DNA from: Eledone cirrhosa
Taxonomy: Eukaryota
NCBI GenBank assembly: GCA_964016885.1
Contig: OZ024741.1
Location: 166,594,001-166,658,000 of the forward strand
Direction: 5' to 3'
DNA: 64,000 bases
The notes below the pieces were generated by a model that was not told the origin of the DNA, ran no database searches, and was given only the letters and a program-made list of their open reading frames with translations. Numbering within the stretch: position 1 is the stretch's first letter; each line of letters opens with the position of its first letter. The position numbers and the translations under genes are program-made. Below are positions 51,700 to 64,000 of the stretch, one piece after another.

Positions 51700-52038
51700 A
51701 CTTACACTCTCCTGCTTCAGCGCATTCAGAACATAAGCTGGCGACATCTGACTTTGAGAGAGATATATGCCGGCCTCCCATGCATATCTGTCATAAGAGG
51801 AGAGTAAAATTTGCTGGCCATTGCCATCATGCCACCTATGAGGCTGTGTCCCCATTAGTTCTTTGGAAACCACAAGCAGTCACTAATAACAGGGGGCGCA
51901 AGCTCTCCTACCCAGATGTCATCTCCAGAGATTCTGGTATTGAAATCCAGGACTTGGCAACGGCAATGAATGACAGACCCATGTGGAGATCAATTGTTAA
52001 GTCCATTTCGGCTGAGGCTGCCGGATGATGATGATGAT
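51700..52038 (+). mobile_element. RTE-clade LINE 3' fragment
   Basis: RRVKFAGHC...LVLWKP...RGRKLSYPD, followed by a (GAT)n tail. Confidence 0.8.
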
Positions 52039-53001
52039 ATCAGAATTGAACTGGTTCTTGATCTTTTGACTATGCGTCAGAGTCTACTGCTATGTGAAGC
52101 TCTAAACCATAGAAATTATTTAAAAAACAAACATCCGGTTGGCTTACAAAGCATTTGAAATTTGAAAATAATCACCTCAATCATCATCACCGTTTTACAT
52201 CCATTTTCCACACTAGCCTGGGTTAACCAGCCATTTAAAATGGCTGGTTAGAAAACATCATAACATACCCAACATGTATAAATTCTCTTGTCATTTCTTT
52301 TCACTTTTGAAAGTGAAATTTAAACTTTAAATTTTACATAAATAACTAATAACATTTTTAGTCAATTCTCCCTATTCAGGATCCCACCTCCACTATGTAT
52401 TTCTTTCAATACCTTATCTGTTCAAATAATTACCACACATTTTTCTTTATTTTCTCTAAATGTTTACACAATTTTAGCTTCAAGCTTAAAACTCCTACAA
52501 TAGCAGTAATTGGTGGCTAGGGGCATTTTAGCTGCAGGCATCTCTGTCCAGTTTGTTTTCTGTCTCCAGGAGTAGTTCCCTGGATTTATTTCAATTATTA
52601 TATTAAATGGTCAACTATTATCATAGTTATCTACATTGAGGTAACTACATTTTAAAAAAACAAAAAACAAAAAACAATGATAAATAAATAAAAAATATTT
52701 AAAAAAACAGACTCAACAGAGAGCCAGGTACAGATGGCTGGTGGTGGAGAGACAGGAAGGAATCTGTCTGTGTATATATGGTAGCAGACACTCGCTATAT
52801 ATATATATTATATACATACACAAACACAAAGTCACACGCACACACATGTATATATATATAAATATATAACTATATATAGTTGTGTATAATGGTAGCTATG
52901 GTGCTTCCATAGGCGTTATGCCAAAATTAGCACTTGATATTCATCAGAGTAGAGTGTATATATTATTATTCATATATATATAAGTATATATATATATATA
53001 A

Positions 53002-53038
<37 letters not shown>

Positions 53039-53054
53039 CATACATATATATATA

Positions 53055-53935
53055 TGATGGCTGCAAACTCTGCCAAGAGTATTGCAATCGCTTGTCAGAT
53101 TCAGATGTGGGACGCTCGGATATGGCTTTTCAAGCCTGCTAGAGACTTGCACTGCTTCACACACTGACGACAACTATGGATCTCCCTGGCTTGAGGTCCC
53201 GCCTGCACCAGGTTGCCCGTGAACCCTCACAACACCGTGGAGATCATAGTTCACTGGTTCTCTTTGGACATGGCTGTGACTGTGGCTCCTGAGACCAGAT
53301 TTGCTCAAGAAAATTCTTCCAGGGCACTTCAATTCAATGGAGACACCTATCGTTTCGAGAGATACACCGGGGCATTGCTTACGCACATCCCGTTTGATCC
53401 TCTCGTGCTCTATGCGTCTGTCCTCAAAATTATGGACCCCATCATTCCCCATGCCATGCCAAGTTTCTCTTTCAAGAGCTTCTATCTCCCAGTCAGCCAT
53501 CATCAAACCAGTTTTTTTCAATGAGTCCTTCACACAATCCTTGAATCGGAGCTTTGGTTTGTGAGGTGGTCTCTTACCCTCACAAAGCTCGCCATACAAG
53601 AGTTGTTTTGGGATTCAATCATCCTCCATTCTGCAGAGGTGTCCAGTCCATCGCAAACGCCGTTGGTGGATGATACTCTCAATGCTCCGACACTCACTTC
53701 TCTCAAGGGCCTCAACATCACTCACATGCATTTACCACTTGATACCGAGCATCTTTCTGAGACACTGCTGGCGAAACAGTTCCAGTCTGTGGACATGCTG
53801 TTTGTAGGCAACCCATGTCTCACGTGCATACAGAAAAGCTGACAGTACACATGCAGCATACACTCTCACCGTGGTCCTCATTGTGATTCCTCGCCTGCAC
53901 CAAAGACAGTCATTGAGCCTTCCAAATAACTCACA
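53055..53935 (-). mobile_element. RTE-1-type LINE 3' fragment
   Basis: VYAACVLSAFLYARETW and YGELCEGKRPPHKPKLRFKD. Confidence 0.85.
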
Positions 53936-54111
53936 CACACATATATATATTCATTACAACAGCAGAGGACCGACGAACTTTTGATTCCAGAGTTGGACCA
54001 GATCAATACAGATCGAACCTTAAGCTGCTCAATAGCGAAATACACGTCACCAATCAATAAACATGATGAAGGCATAACAAATCGTCCTTGTATTATTATA
54101 TATATATATAT

Positions 54112-54490
54112 ATAATTGTTCCTACTTTAGGCACAAGACCAGCAATTACCCAGTACATTACTGGTACTTTATTTTATCGACCCCGTAAGGATGAAAGGCA
54201 AAGTTAACCTCGGCGGGATTTGAACTCAGACCGTAAAAGGACGTAACTATGCTAGAAAGCATGGCGTCCGACCCTCTACCAATACTGCCAATCCAATAAT
54301 GGTGGATTGGCAGTATTGGTAGAGGGTCGGAGACCATGTTTTGCTGCATAGAGTTACGTCTCTTTACAGTCCGAGTTCAAATCCCGCCGAGGTTAACTTT
54401 GCCTTTCATCCTTACGGAGTCGATAAAATAAAGTACCAGTAATGCACTGGGATAATTGCTGGCCTTGTGCCAAAAGTAGAAACAATTATT
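54112..54490. mobile_element. Head-to-head inverted pair of family A SINEs
   Basis: 54112-54295 (-) and 54301-54490 (+). Confidence 0.88.
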
Positions 54491-55131
54491 ATATACACAC
54501 ACATATATATATATATATGCACACATACATATATGTGTGTGTGTATATATATATATATGTAATCCATGTGCAACCATGCAGTATTCTTCTCCCCTTGTTT
54601 TTCATATATATTTACCTAAACTGCGATTATCTGTTTCTCTCTTTCTCTCTTACTGCTCCCCCGTTCTCTCTGTTTCTCTTACCTTCTTTCGCCCTCTCTG
54701 TCAGTTACACTTTTTCTCTCGACTGACCTCTTCCTCGCACTTCCACTCACTCACTCTCTGTTTCTCCCCTTCTCACTTCCTCCCGTTCGCTAGTAGTGGG
54801 GTTCCTTCTTTCTCACACCGCATTCACGGCGTACGGTCTGCTTCTCTGACCGCTCATGAAATTCACCCAGCTTATGCTGATCGGATAACTATCATGTGGC
54901 TTGCTGTTTCCAACCTTCGGTTTGCTTTTCCTTCTGTTGTTTACTTGTCTCACTCGCTTTACGCGTTTCACTTGTCCCAATAGCTTATTTTAGTTATTGC
55001 TCGCACCAACCTGAGGTATCTGATTTTTAATGCGATGAAATACCAATGATGGTTGGCAAATCACTGATGAGGGACTAATTTTATATGTAATCCATGTGCA
55101 ACCATGCAGTATTCTTCTCCCCTTGTTTTTC

Positions 55132-55162
<31 letters not shown>

Positions 55163-55191
55163 TACATATATGTGTGTGTGTATATATATAT

Positions 55192-55232
<41 letters not shown>

Positions 55233-55634
55233 TACATATATGTGTGTGTGTATATATATCATCATCATCATCATCATCATTTTACGTCCGCTTTGTTTAA
55301 TGATGTTTAATTATATTTTATTTTTATGTTTCTATAAGGGGTTTAACAAAATGAAACAAATTTAGGTACTAAAATGTTCAGTTAGACCATTACAAACTTC
55401 TATTTTCAGATAATTCATCTATCTATATCTATATATATATACGATTCTGTGTGTCCGCCTAAAACTACCAAACTACCGGACCAAACTCCTCAAAATTACA
55501 CGCTCGGACAGGTAATGGTCGAAAAAGTTTTACTTTGCAAAGCAAGGAATTCATTTAAATTCAATTTATTTTATTTTCTAATGAATATCAAAAGAGATCA
55601 TCCATTTTGTTTTTTTATGTTCTCCAGTCTGTAG

Positions 55635-55975
55635 ATAAGAAAGTGAGGGATGAGAGAGAGAAAGAGAGAGAGTAAAGGATGAGGGAGAGAGTGGGGGTGG
55701 GTGAGAGAGTAAGGGGATGAGAGAGAAAGGGAGAGAGAGTGGATGGGAGAGAGAGTAAGGGGATGAGAGAGAAAGGGAGAGAGTGGATGGGAGAGAGAGT
55801 AAGGCAATGAGAGAGAGTAAGTGGAAGTGAGAGAGTAAGGGATGAGAGAAAGAGAGTGGGAGATGGGCGACAGAGAGTAAGGGGATGTGAGAGAGAAAGA
55901 AAAAGGGGATGAGAGAGAAAGAAAGAGTAAGGGGATGAGAGAGAAAGACGATGAAAGAGAGAGAGGGAAAGTAAC
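55635..55975. repeat. GA-rich low-complexity tract
   Basis: Direct inspection. Confidence 0.85.
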
Positions 55976-56062
55976 CAGCGTTCTTAACTTTTATTTATTT
56001 ATTATTTTTACACACTTTTAACTCTCCCACTTCTTTAACATTATTTATCTTTTCTTTGGAAC

Positions 56063-57573
56063 GGTGGATTGGCAGTATCGGTAGAGGGTCGGACGCCATG
56101 CTTTCCAGCATAGTTACGTCCCTTTACGATCTGAGTTCAAATCCCGCCGAGGTTGACTTTGCCTTTCATCCTTACGGGGTCGATAAAATAAAGTACCAGT
56201 AATGCACTGGGTAATTGCTGGCCTTGTGCCTAAAGTAGAAACAATTATTTATCTTTTCTTTATGTTTTGTTCTCTATTCCGTAGAGAGGGGGGGGGGGAG
56301 AGAGAAATAAAAAGAGAGAGAGTAATGGGATGGGAGAGAGAGAGAGGGGGAAAGTAGCAAGCGTTCATTAACTTTTATTTATTTATTATTATTTTTACAC
56401 ACTTCTTAACTCTCCCAATGTTATTTATCTTTTATTTATTTTTTGTTTGCTATTGTGTAGAGAATGAGAGAGAGAAAGAAAGAGAGGAGATGAGAAAGAG
56501 AAAGGGAGTGAGGCGGATGGGGAGAAAAAGACAATAAGAAAAAAGAAAAGATGGGAGAGAGAAAAAAAAGTAAAGAGGCAGGAGAGAGGGAGGGTGATTG
56601 GAGGGATTCTTTAACAGACGTGTGTCCGCGTTTATATATATATTTACACACACATATGTGTGTGTGTTATGGGGGGGGGGGGGGGCGTTCTTTAGCAGAC
56701 GATATATGTTACCATCAAAGCTTATTTTCTACATATGTCTAAAGAAATCACAGATGCTTTTATAGAAGCTATATATATATGTATGTTTTTCAAAGACAAA
56801 AAAAAACGGTATTTTTAAAAGATATTTTTTTCTACTTTAGGCACAAGGCCAGCAATTACCCAGTTCATTACTGGTATTTTTAAAAGATATTATTTGTATA
56901 TATTATTTTCCGCTGTTATTTGAAGGATTGGCAGTATCGGTAGAGAGTCGGACGCCATGCTTTCCAGCATAGTTACGTCCCTTTACGGTCTGAGTTCAAA
57001 TCCCACCGAGGTTCACTTTGCCTTTCATCCTTACGGGGTCGATAAAATAGAGTACCAGTAATGTACTGGTTAATTGCTGGCCTTGTGCCAAAAGTAGAAA
57101 CAGTTATTTGAATTAACACAGAAAATATTTTTTTTGTAATGTTTGTCGTATTTTTGGATACAATCTGAAATCTCAATATTTTCTACATATGTCTAAAATT
57201 AATTACACCTAATATACATTCATATAAAGAGATCATTTAAAACAACTTTACTGAATGAACAATACATTCTATAGTTGTTTCTATTTCTGAAAGAGTGTGG
57301 TATGTAATAATTGTTTCTACTTTTGGCACAAGGCCAGCAATTATTCCAGTGCATTACTGGTACTTTATTTTATCATGTGGTGTGTAATAATTGTTTCTAC
57401 TTTAGGCACAAGGCCAGCAATTACCCAGTGTATTACTGGTACTTTATTTTATCGACCCTGTAAGGATGAAAGGCAAAGTCAACCTCGGCGGGATTTGAAC
57501 TCAGATCGTAAAGGGACGTAACTATGCTGGAAAGCATGGCGTCCGACCCTCTACCGATACTGCCAATCCACCG
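56063..57573. mobile_element. Cluster of family A SINEs within the Helitron 2 5' region (56063-56248 +, 56926-57106 +, 57386-57573 -, plus partial tails)
   Basis: Consensus matches. Confidence 0.85.
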
Positions 57574-57583
57574 ATCACTTCAA

Positions 57584-60500
57584 ATGCCTAGAAAACGTTC
57601 CAGATCATTATATGGAAGGTCATCTTCAGAGACTAAGAGAAAGAAAACACAGCGATCTGAAGAAAGTGAAGAAGTTCGGCATGCCCGTCTAGCTGCTAAC
57701 AGAGCCCAAACAACTTTAGCACGTGCATACCATTTGGATGAAAGGGAACAAAGGACTGCTGCTACACAAGAACAACAGATTAAGGAACAGCAGCAAATCA
57801 GACGAAATGCTAATCAAGCACATCGTTTCTACTGTCCGAGCAGGAGAACAAGCCACAAGTAAAATGATCTGGCTGATGGGTGCTTTTTCTTATGCCCCCC
57901 AAAAGGACTACAGCAGTAATCCACAAATCAACATTGGGAAAATGAACAAATGCTGCCAGTATTGTGGTGCCAAGAAGTGGGCAGCAGAAACACCAAGTTT
58001 ATGCTGCTCAAAAGGCAAAGTGAGTTTTAAAACAATACAAGAACCTCTTGAATTTCTGAAGAATCTGCTCCTTCAGCATACACCAGAAGCACAACACTTC
58101 AATAAATACATCATAAAATATAATTCTGCCTTTAAAATGACATCTTTTGGGGCTGACAGGAATGTGACTGACTTTAGATTCTGTACAACTTATAAAATTC
58201 AGGGACAGTGTTACTTACCACTTAATGGGTGGCCTTCTGCTACTTTCACAGGAGCCTCACAAATTTGTGCAGGTTTACTTCATGGGTGGAAATGAAACAC
58301 AGGCACAACAAAGATGTACCATTGTCCATGGTGGATTGCAGTTCTGCATAGTCATAAAGTTACAAGAAATGCTTCATCCAACATCACATGTATGTCAGTG
58401 TATTTAAATATGCACTGGAGCATATGAACAACACCAGAGAACGTAAAATCATCATTAGGGCAGACAAACGCCCAGATTCAGAACATGAACGCAGATTCAA
58501 TGCACCTATCACTGAGGAAGTTGCAATCATAATGGTTGATGAACAGCATGAACAACGTGACATTGTTTTCCAAAAATGAAGTAGACATTTGGAGTGAATT
58601 TGTGAAACTCATAGTGCCTATGATTCACTCCAATATCTGCTCATCTTTTGGAATGGTCAAGATGGATATCATTTTCAGCTACGGCAGATCAGCCTAGGAA
58701 CGGGACAAGAGACTGGCCGATCAATCAGCTGCAAAGAATTCTATGCTTATCATTCCATGGTACGTGACCACTTCAACCAAGTTCTGCGATTCAAAGAAGT
58801 AACCAGCCAGTTCATAGTGGACATGTATGCCAAAATTTAAACAGAAAGATTGGGCTTTCTGCAAAGGAATCAAACTAAGTTGAGGGCAGATAACTACATC
58901 CACCTTAGAGATGCCACCAATTCTGATGTTGACCCAAGAAATATTGGCGAGCCAGTCATACTACCATCAAGCTTCACAGAAGGACCACGTTACATGCATG
59001 AATGTACGCAAGATGCAATGGCCTATGTCAGAAAATTTGGTTGGCCAGATCTCTTCATTACATTTACATGCAATTCAAACTGGTCAGAAATATCAAATGA
59101 ATTATTTCAAAATCAAAAACCAAAGGATCGACATGACCTCATTGCTCGGGTTTTCCATGAAAAGCAAAAGAAACTCATCTGGCTCCTAAAAGAAGGAAGA
59201 ATCTTTGGTGAGCTTAGTGCTTGGATGACCACTATTGAGTGGCAGAAGAGAGGTCTTCCTCACTCTCACACACTAATCTGGTGCAAGGAGAAGATAAGAC
59301 CAGATGATGTTGATAAGATCATTTCAGCAGAGTTGCCTGATAAAGGTGGTGATCCAGAGCTCTTTGAAACCATCAAGTCCAAACTCATTCATAGTCCATG
59401 TCAAGTCATCTCCAGTCTCTCCCTGCATGAAAGACCGAAAATGCCGCAAACATTATCCTAGAGCTTTTATTCTGGAAACTCGGACTGACAAAAATGGATA
59501 CCCCCTTTATCGTAGGCGTAAACCAGAACATGGAGGCAATACTGCAAGCCTAACAGTTCGAGGAGAGGAGCTGACCATAAACAATCAGTGGGTCGTCCCA
59601 CACAACAAATTGTTGTGTAAACTTTTAAAAGCTCATATCAATGTTGAGCATTGCAGCTCTGTCAAGGCAATCCTATATGTCACAAAATATATCAACAAGG
59701 GCAGTGACATGGCTACCTTTATTACTGACAAAGAACTCAATGATGGTGGGCTGGATGAGGTCAGACGGTATCAAACAGGTCGATACATCTCCAGCAATGA
59801 AGCTATCTGGCGAATCTTTGGGTTTGATATCCACCAATGCCACCCAACAGTGGTCAACCTCGCAGTCCATCTGAAAAATGGACAGAGAGTGTGCTTCACT
59901 GAGATCACTGCTCATCAGTTGGCACAAGCATCACATGACACTACACTAACTGCTTTCTTTAAACTCTGCCAGAATGATGAATTTGCTCGATCCCTCCTAT
60001 ATGCTGAAGTCCCAACATACTACACCTGGACCAATTGCAAGACCTGAAATCGAAGAAAGCAGTGTCATTTAGTGGAAGGTCATGAAGTCAAGTCAAGTGA
60101 TGCTATTGGGCGTGTTTACAATGTCCATCCCAACAACAGAGAATGTTTTTATTTACGGCTACTTCTGCATGCTGTTCGAGGACCAACGTCATTTGAGGAT
60201 CTTAGGTGCTTCAGAGGAAGGGTGTGCGCAACATACCAAGAAGCATGTAAACAGCATGGACTCCTGCATGACAATGGACACTGGAAGAAGTGCCTAGAAG
60301 AAGCAGCAATCACTCAAATAAGACAATTATTTGCTATTATTCTCACAGCATGTGGAATTGATGAAGCTCATCTACTCTGGCAGGAGTACAAAAACATTAT
60401 GTTGGACGACTATCTACACCTAGCCCGAAGACATCATGGCAATATATATATATGGAATATACCCCCAGGATCTACAATCAAGCTCTCTGTGACCTGTCCC

Positions 60501-61993
60501 ATCGAGTTCAGGTAATGAATAGCACATTAGCTAACTGCGGGATGCCAGAGCCAGATGAAGAAATGAAGGAAGCACATGACATTTTTCGGGAGACAAACTA
60601 GGATATTCAAGCATTGCGTAAGTTTGTGGATGAAAATGAACCTCAATTGATGGATGACCAGAAATACGCCTACCACAACATCATCAAAAACATTCAAAAT
60701 GACAGAGGAGGACTTTTCTTCATCGATGCTCCTGCTGGCACAGGCAAGACATTCCTCATAAACCTCCTGCTTGCAAAAGTTCGCCAAAAGCAACATATTG
60801 CCCTTGCTGTGGCTTCAAGTGGCATTGCAGCAACACTTCTGGATGGAGGAAGAACTGCACACTCCATGTTTAAGCTGCCCATAGATCTCACATGGCATGA
60901 ACAATCTTTTTGCAACATCAAGAAGAACTCACCCAAGGGCAAGCTTCTGCAAACATGCAAGATGATAATTTGGGATGAAGCTACTATGAGCCATAAAGGA
61001 GCAATTGAAGCTTTGAACCAAACGATAAGTGATCTGAGAGAAAATAGTTGCATAATAGGAGTGACAATGGTTCTTGCTGGTGATTTTAAACAAACTCTGC
61101 CTGTAATTCTTCGAGGGACTCGAGCTGATCAGGTCAATGCCTGTCTGAAAACAACCTATCTCTGGCCCCACTTTCAGCTGCTAAGCCTTACAACCAACAT
61201 GCGAGTGCACTTAACTGGTGACGAAGGTGTCAGTGAGTTTGCCATCTAACTACTTAAATTGGGAAATGGACTTCTTGAAAAGGACTCCAATGACCATATT
61301 CAGTTGTCAGTTGGCCATATCATTGACACAGAACAAGAACTGACTGCCAGAGTGTTTCCAAATATTCAGACCAGGCAATGTGATCCGAAATGGCTCTGTG
61401 AACGAGCAATCTTAGCACCTAAAAATGTTGCTGTGAAAGAAATCAACAGAAGGCTGCTGGAGATGTTACCAGGAGAGAAAATATGCTACAAATCAGTTGA
61501 CACAATCACTTCTCAAGACCAGGTTGTAAACTATCCAACTGAATTTTTGAACAGTCTTGAACAAACGGGAATTCCTCCACACAACCTGATACTGAAGCAT
61601 CGGTTATGCTACTTCGCAATCTGGATCCTCCAAAACTTTGTAATGGCAGAAGACTCATCATCAAAAATATGATGTCCAATGTTCTAGAAGTTGCAATCAT
61701 GTCAGGAAAATTTGCTGGTGACAATTGTTTCATTCCCAGAATACCTCTGAACCCAACTGATTTGCCATTTGAATTTCAAAGACTTCAATTTCCGATCAGG
61801 CTCAGTTTTGCCATGACCATTAATAAATCTCAAGGGCAATCATTGAAAGTCGTTGGGTTGAATCTGGCAGATCCTGTCTTTTCGCATGGTCAACTCTGTT
61901 GGCACAACAAGGGTTGGGAACCCTGATTGTCTCTTCATTGCGGCACTACAGGGCAAAACTAAGAATGTTGTTTATCCAGAGGCTTTGGAATGA
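57584..61993 (+). pseudogene. Helitron 2 RepHel, multiply disrupted
   Basis: MPRKRSRSLY start, CxxC...CC zinc motif, PDLFITFTCN, IEWQKRGLPHSH, YVTKYINKG, DAPAGTGKTF, WDEATM, QFPIRLSFAMTINKSQGQS. Ends KNVVYPEALE*. Confidence 0.95.
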
Positions 61994-62484
61994 GCAATGT
62001 CGTAATTCCTCATTCAATGACAATACACACAGATCCTAATTCCTTAGTCATGTAGTTTGCAAGGAATTCTGAAGCCGCAAATTTACTGCATGGTGTTACT
62101 TTGGAAGAACATGCAGGCATTCCCGGGTACCTCTGCTATATAAAGTAGTATAAGTGAGGACTTTGAAGCAAAAAGGAATGGTTCTATGTGATAACTCGAT
62201 CTACTAGAAATATTAGCAAAATCCATTTCAAATCACAAACAACTGTCTTACACACATACATGTGTGTGTATGTATCTATGTATGTCATGTGAGCCACTAT
62301 AACTGTTGGTATAGCTAATAGAAATAGAAAACAAATCTCCCTCAAACAAGATCCTATTGCCATAGAGGCAAAGATTGGTGAAAGCTACAGTGTACAAATT
62401 TAAATACACTTTCCCTGAATTACAGAAATGAGTAAGTAAATGCTTCATTCAATCATAAACCAACGCTAAATATATTTTATTATT

Positions 62485-62669
62485 GGTGAATTGGCAGTAT
62501 CGGTAGAGGGTTGGACGCCATGCTTTCTAGCATAGTTACGTCCCTTTAAAGTCTGAGTTCAAATCCCGCCGAGGTTAACTTTGCCTTTCATCCTTACGGG
62601 GTCAATAAAATAAAGTACCAGTAATGTACTGGATAATTGCTGGCCTTGTGCCTAAAGTAGAAACAATTA
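62485..62669 (+). mobile_element. SINE family A
   Basis: Consensus match. Confidence 0.85.
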
Positions 62670-63439
62670 CTTTATTTATGGTTTTTAAAATAGTCTTTAC
62701 ATGTTTGAATTTCAGAAGTTCAGTTTGAGCAAAAAAAAAAAAGAAAAAGAAAGAAAAGGATAAGTAAAAAAAATCTAAATGTATTTTTTTAGTCATGCCC
62801 TGACAACATACCTAATGATTCATCTATGAGTAAAGCATTATATATGCTGACTGTAATAGGGAGCAGTATTCAAAAAATCACCACTGGAAAAAACTAATAT
62901 TTTTATCTAGATGATTTACTTTGACCAAACGGCAATAAATATTCTGCTATAATTCCTACTTTGGTTAAAATTCAACAATCATATTTGAACGGTCAAACAT
63001 TTTGTAATGTGTGCCAAATATATTATAACTTTCATAAAATACCCGGGTATCACCGGGTAGCTCAGCTAGTTTAATATAAAATGAATATATCGTAACATTT
63101 CATACAGTCATGGAGAGATTTTCTAAAATTATTATTTTATCATTAAGATGGTAGTTGTAACTAAGTTAACAAAAAGGTTTTTATACAAAATTAATATTGA
63201 AATATTTTAATTTAAATAGGAGCTGCTTAGAATGTGTGCTGTTGTTTTATAGAACCAAATGCAGTTTGAGGTTAAATCAATACAAACATTGGCATGTTTC
63301 CGTGCTGTCATCATTAAACAGGTCGATAGATCAATGAGGATTTGAAACTCAACATATGTATTCATTTTATTCAGTATATTTTTTGGTATTTTTTTTTTTC
63401 ACTGTAATTACACACACACATCCTCATCCTGCTCCTCAT

Positions 63440-64000
63440 CATCATCGATTAACGTCCATCTTCCATGCTAGCATGGGTTAGATGGGTCCATTTAGAGGCA
63501 AGTAGGGTTGGGTGACCATGTCTCGCTCATATATATATATATATACATATTTATACATATATAGTTGGCCAAACCATACCTTGCTGAAATGGAACAGCAT
63601 TTTAGCCAGTTTTTTTTACAGCTTGATGCCCTTCCTAACACCAACCAACTTTACAGTGTGGAACTGGGTGACACAGTTATGAGAGGGGCCTGACCAGTTG
63701 GCCGTGTTCTACTTTGCTCATACAGGATCACGTTTTTACAGCTGCTGGATGCCCTTCCTAACACCAACCATGTTTAGATTGTAGGGCTGGGTGGTCCCAC
63801 TTATGAGGCATGTCTGGCCAGTTGGCCACACTGTACCTTGCTTATACCGGACCACATTTTGACTGGGACTTTATGGTTGCTCAATGTACTTCCCGACACC
63901 AACCACATTTATAGTGTGGAACTGATTGGTACTGTTATGAGGAGGGTCTGGCGAGTTGGCTATGCTGTACCCTGTTCATGACGGAACTGTGGAACTGTGT
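63440..64000 (-). repeat. RTE 3' UTR-derived diverged ~120-130-bp tandem repeats
   Basis: Recurrent GATGCCCTTCCTAACACCAACCA...GTGGAACTG units. Confidence 0.65.

Larger units (their letters stand above)
55418..63069 (+). mobile_element. Full-length Helitron 2 (degenerate autonomous, different family) with several nested SINEs
   Basis: 5' A|TCTATCTATATCTATATAT...CTGTGTGTCC (exact TC uncertain by ~10 nt). 3' CCCGGGTATCACCGGG hairpin, TAGCTCAG-CTAG|T. Encloses a RepHel. Confidence 0.75.

Overview
AT-rich, repeat-saturated eukaryotic genomic DNA. The SINE repertoire, RTE tails and (TA)n/(TACA)n arrays suggest a coleoid cephalopod such as octopus (inference). One host gene is present: a calpain-5/TRA-3-type gene on the minus strand. 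I reconstructed 11 coding exons by hand (49164->1695, 1710 nt, 570 aa, all GT-AG, all phases compatible, Cys/His/Asn triad intact). I did not find the terminal exon, which probably lies beyond base 1. Two degenerate autonomous-type Helitrons carry RepHel pseudogenes: 7252-14818 (-), inside calpain intron 8 and inserted into a TTAA MITE, and ~55418-63069 (+). The rest is non-autonomous Helitrons, hAT/piggyBac/Tc1-type MITEs, two tRNA-derived SINE families, RTE/CR1/RLE LINE fragments, minisatellites, fold-back hairpins and degenerate hammerhead-like motifs. Most long ORFs in the track are repeat artefacts. I found no convincing novel multi-gene system. The best leads are RNA-structural (an inverted duplication bracketing exons 7-9) and Helitron end-structure observations.
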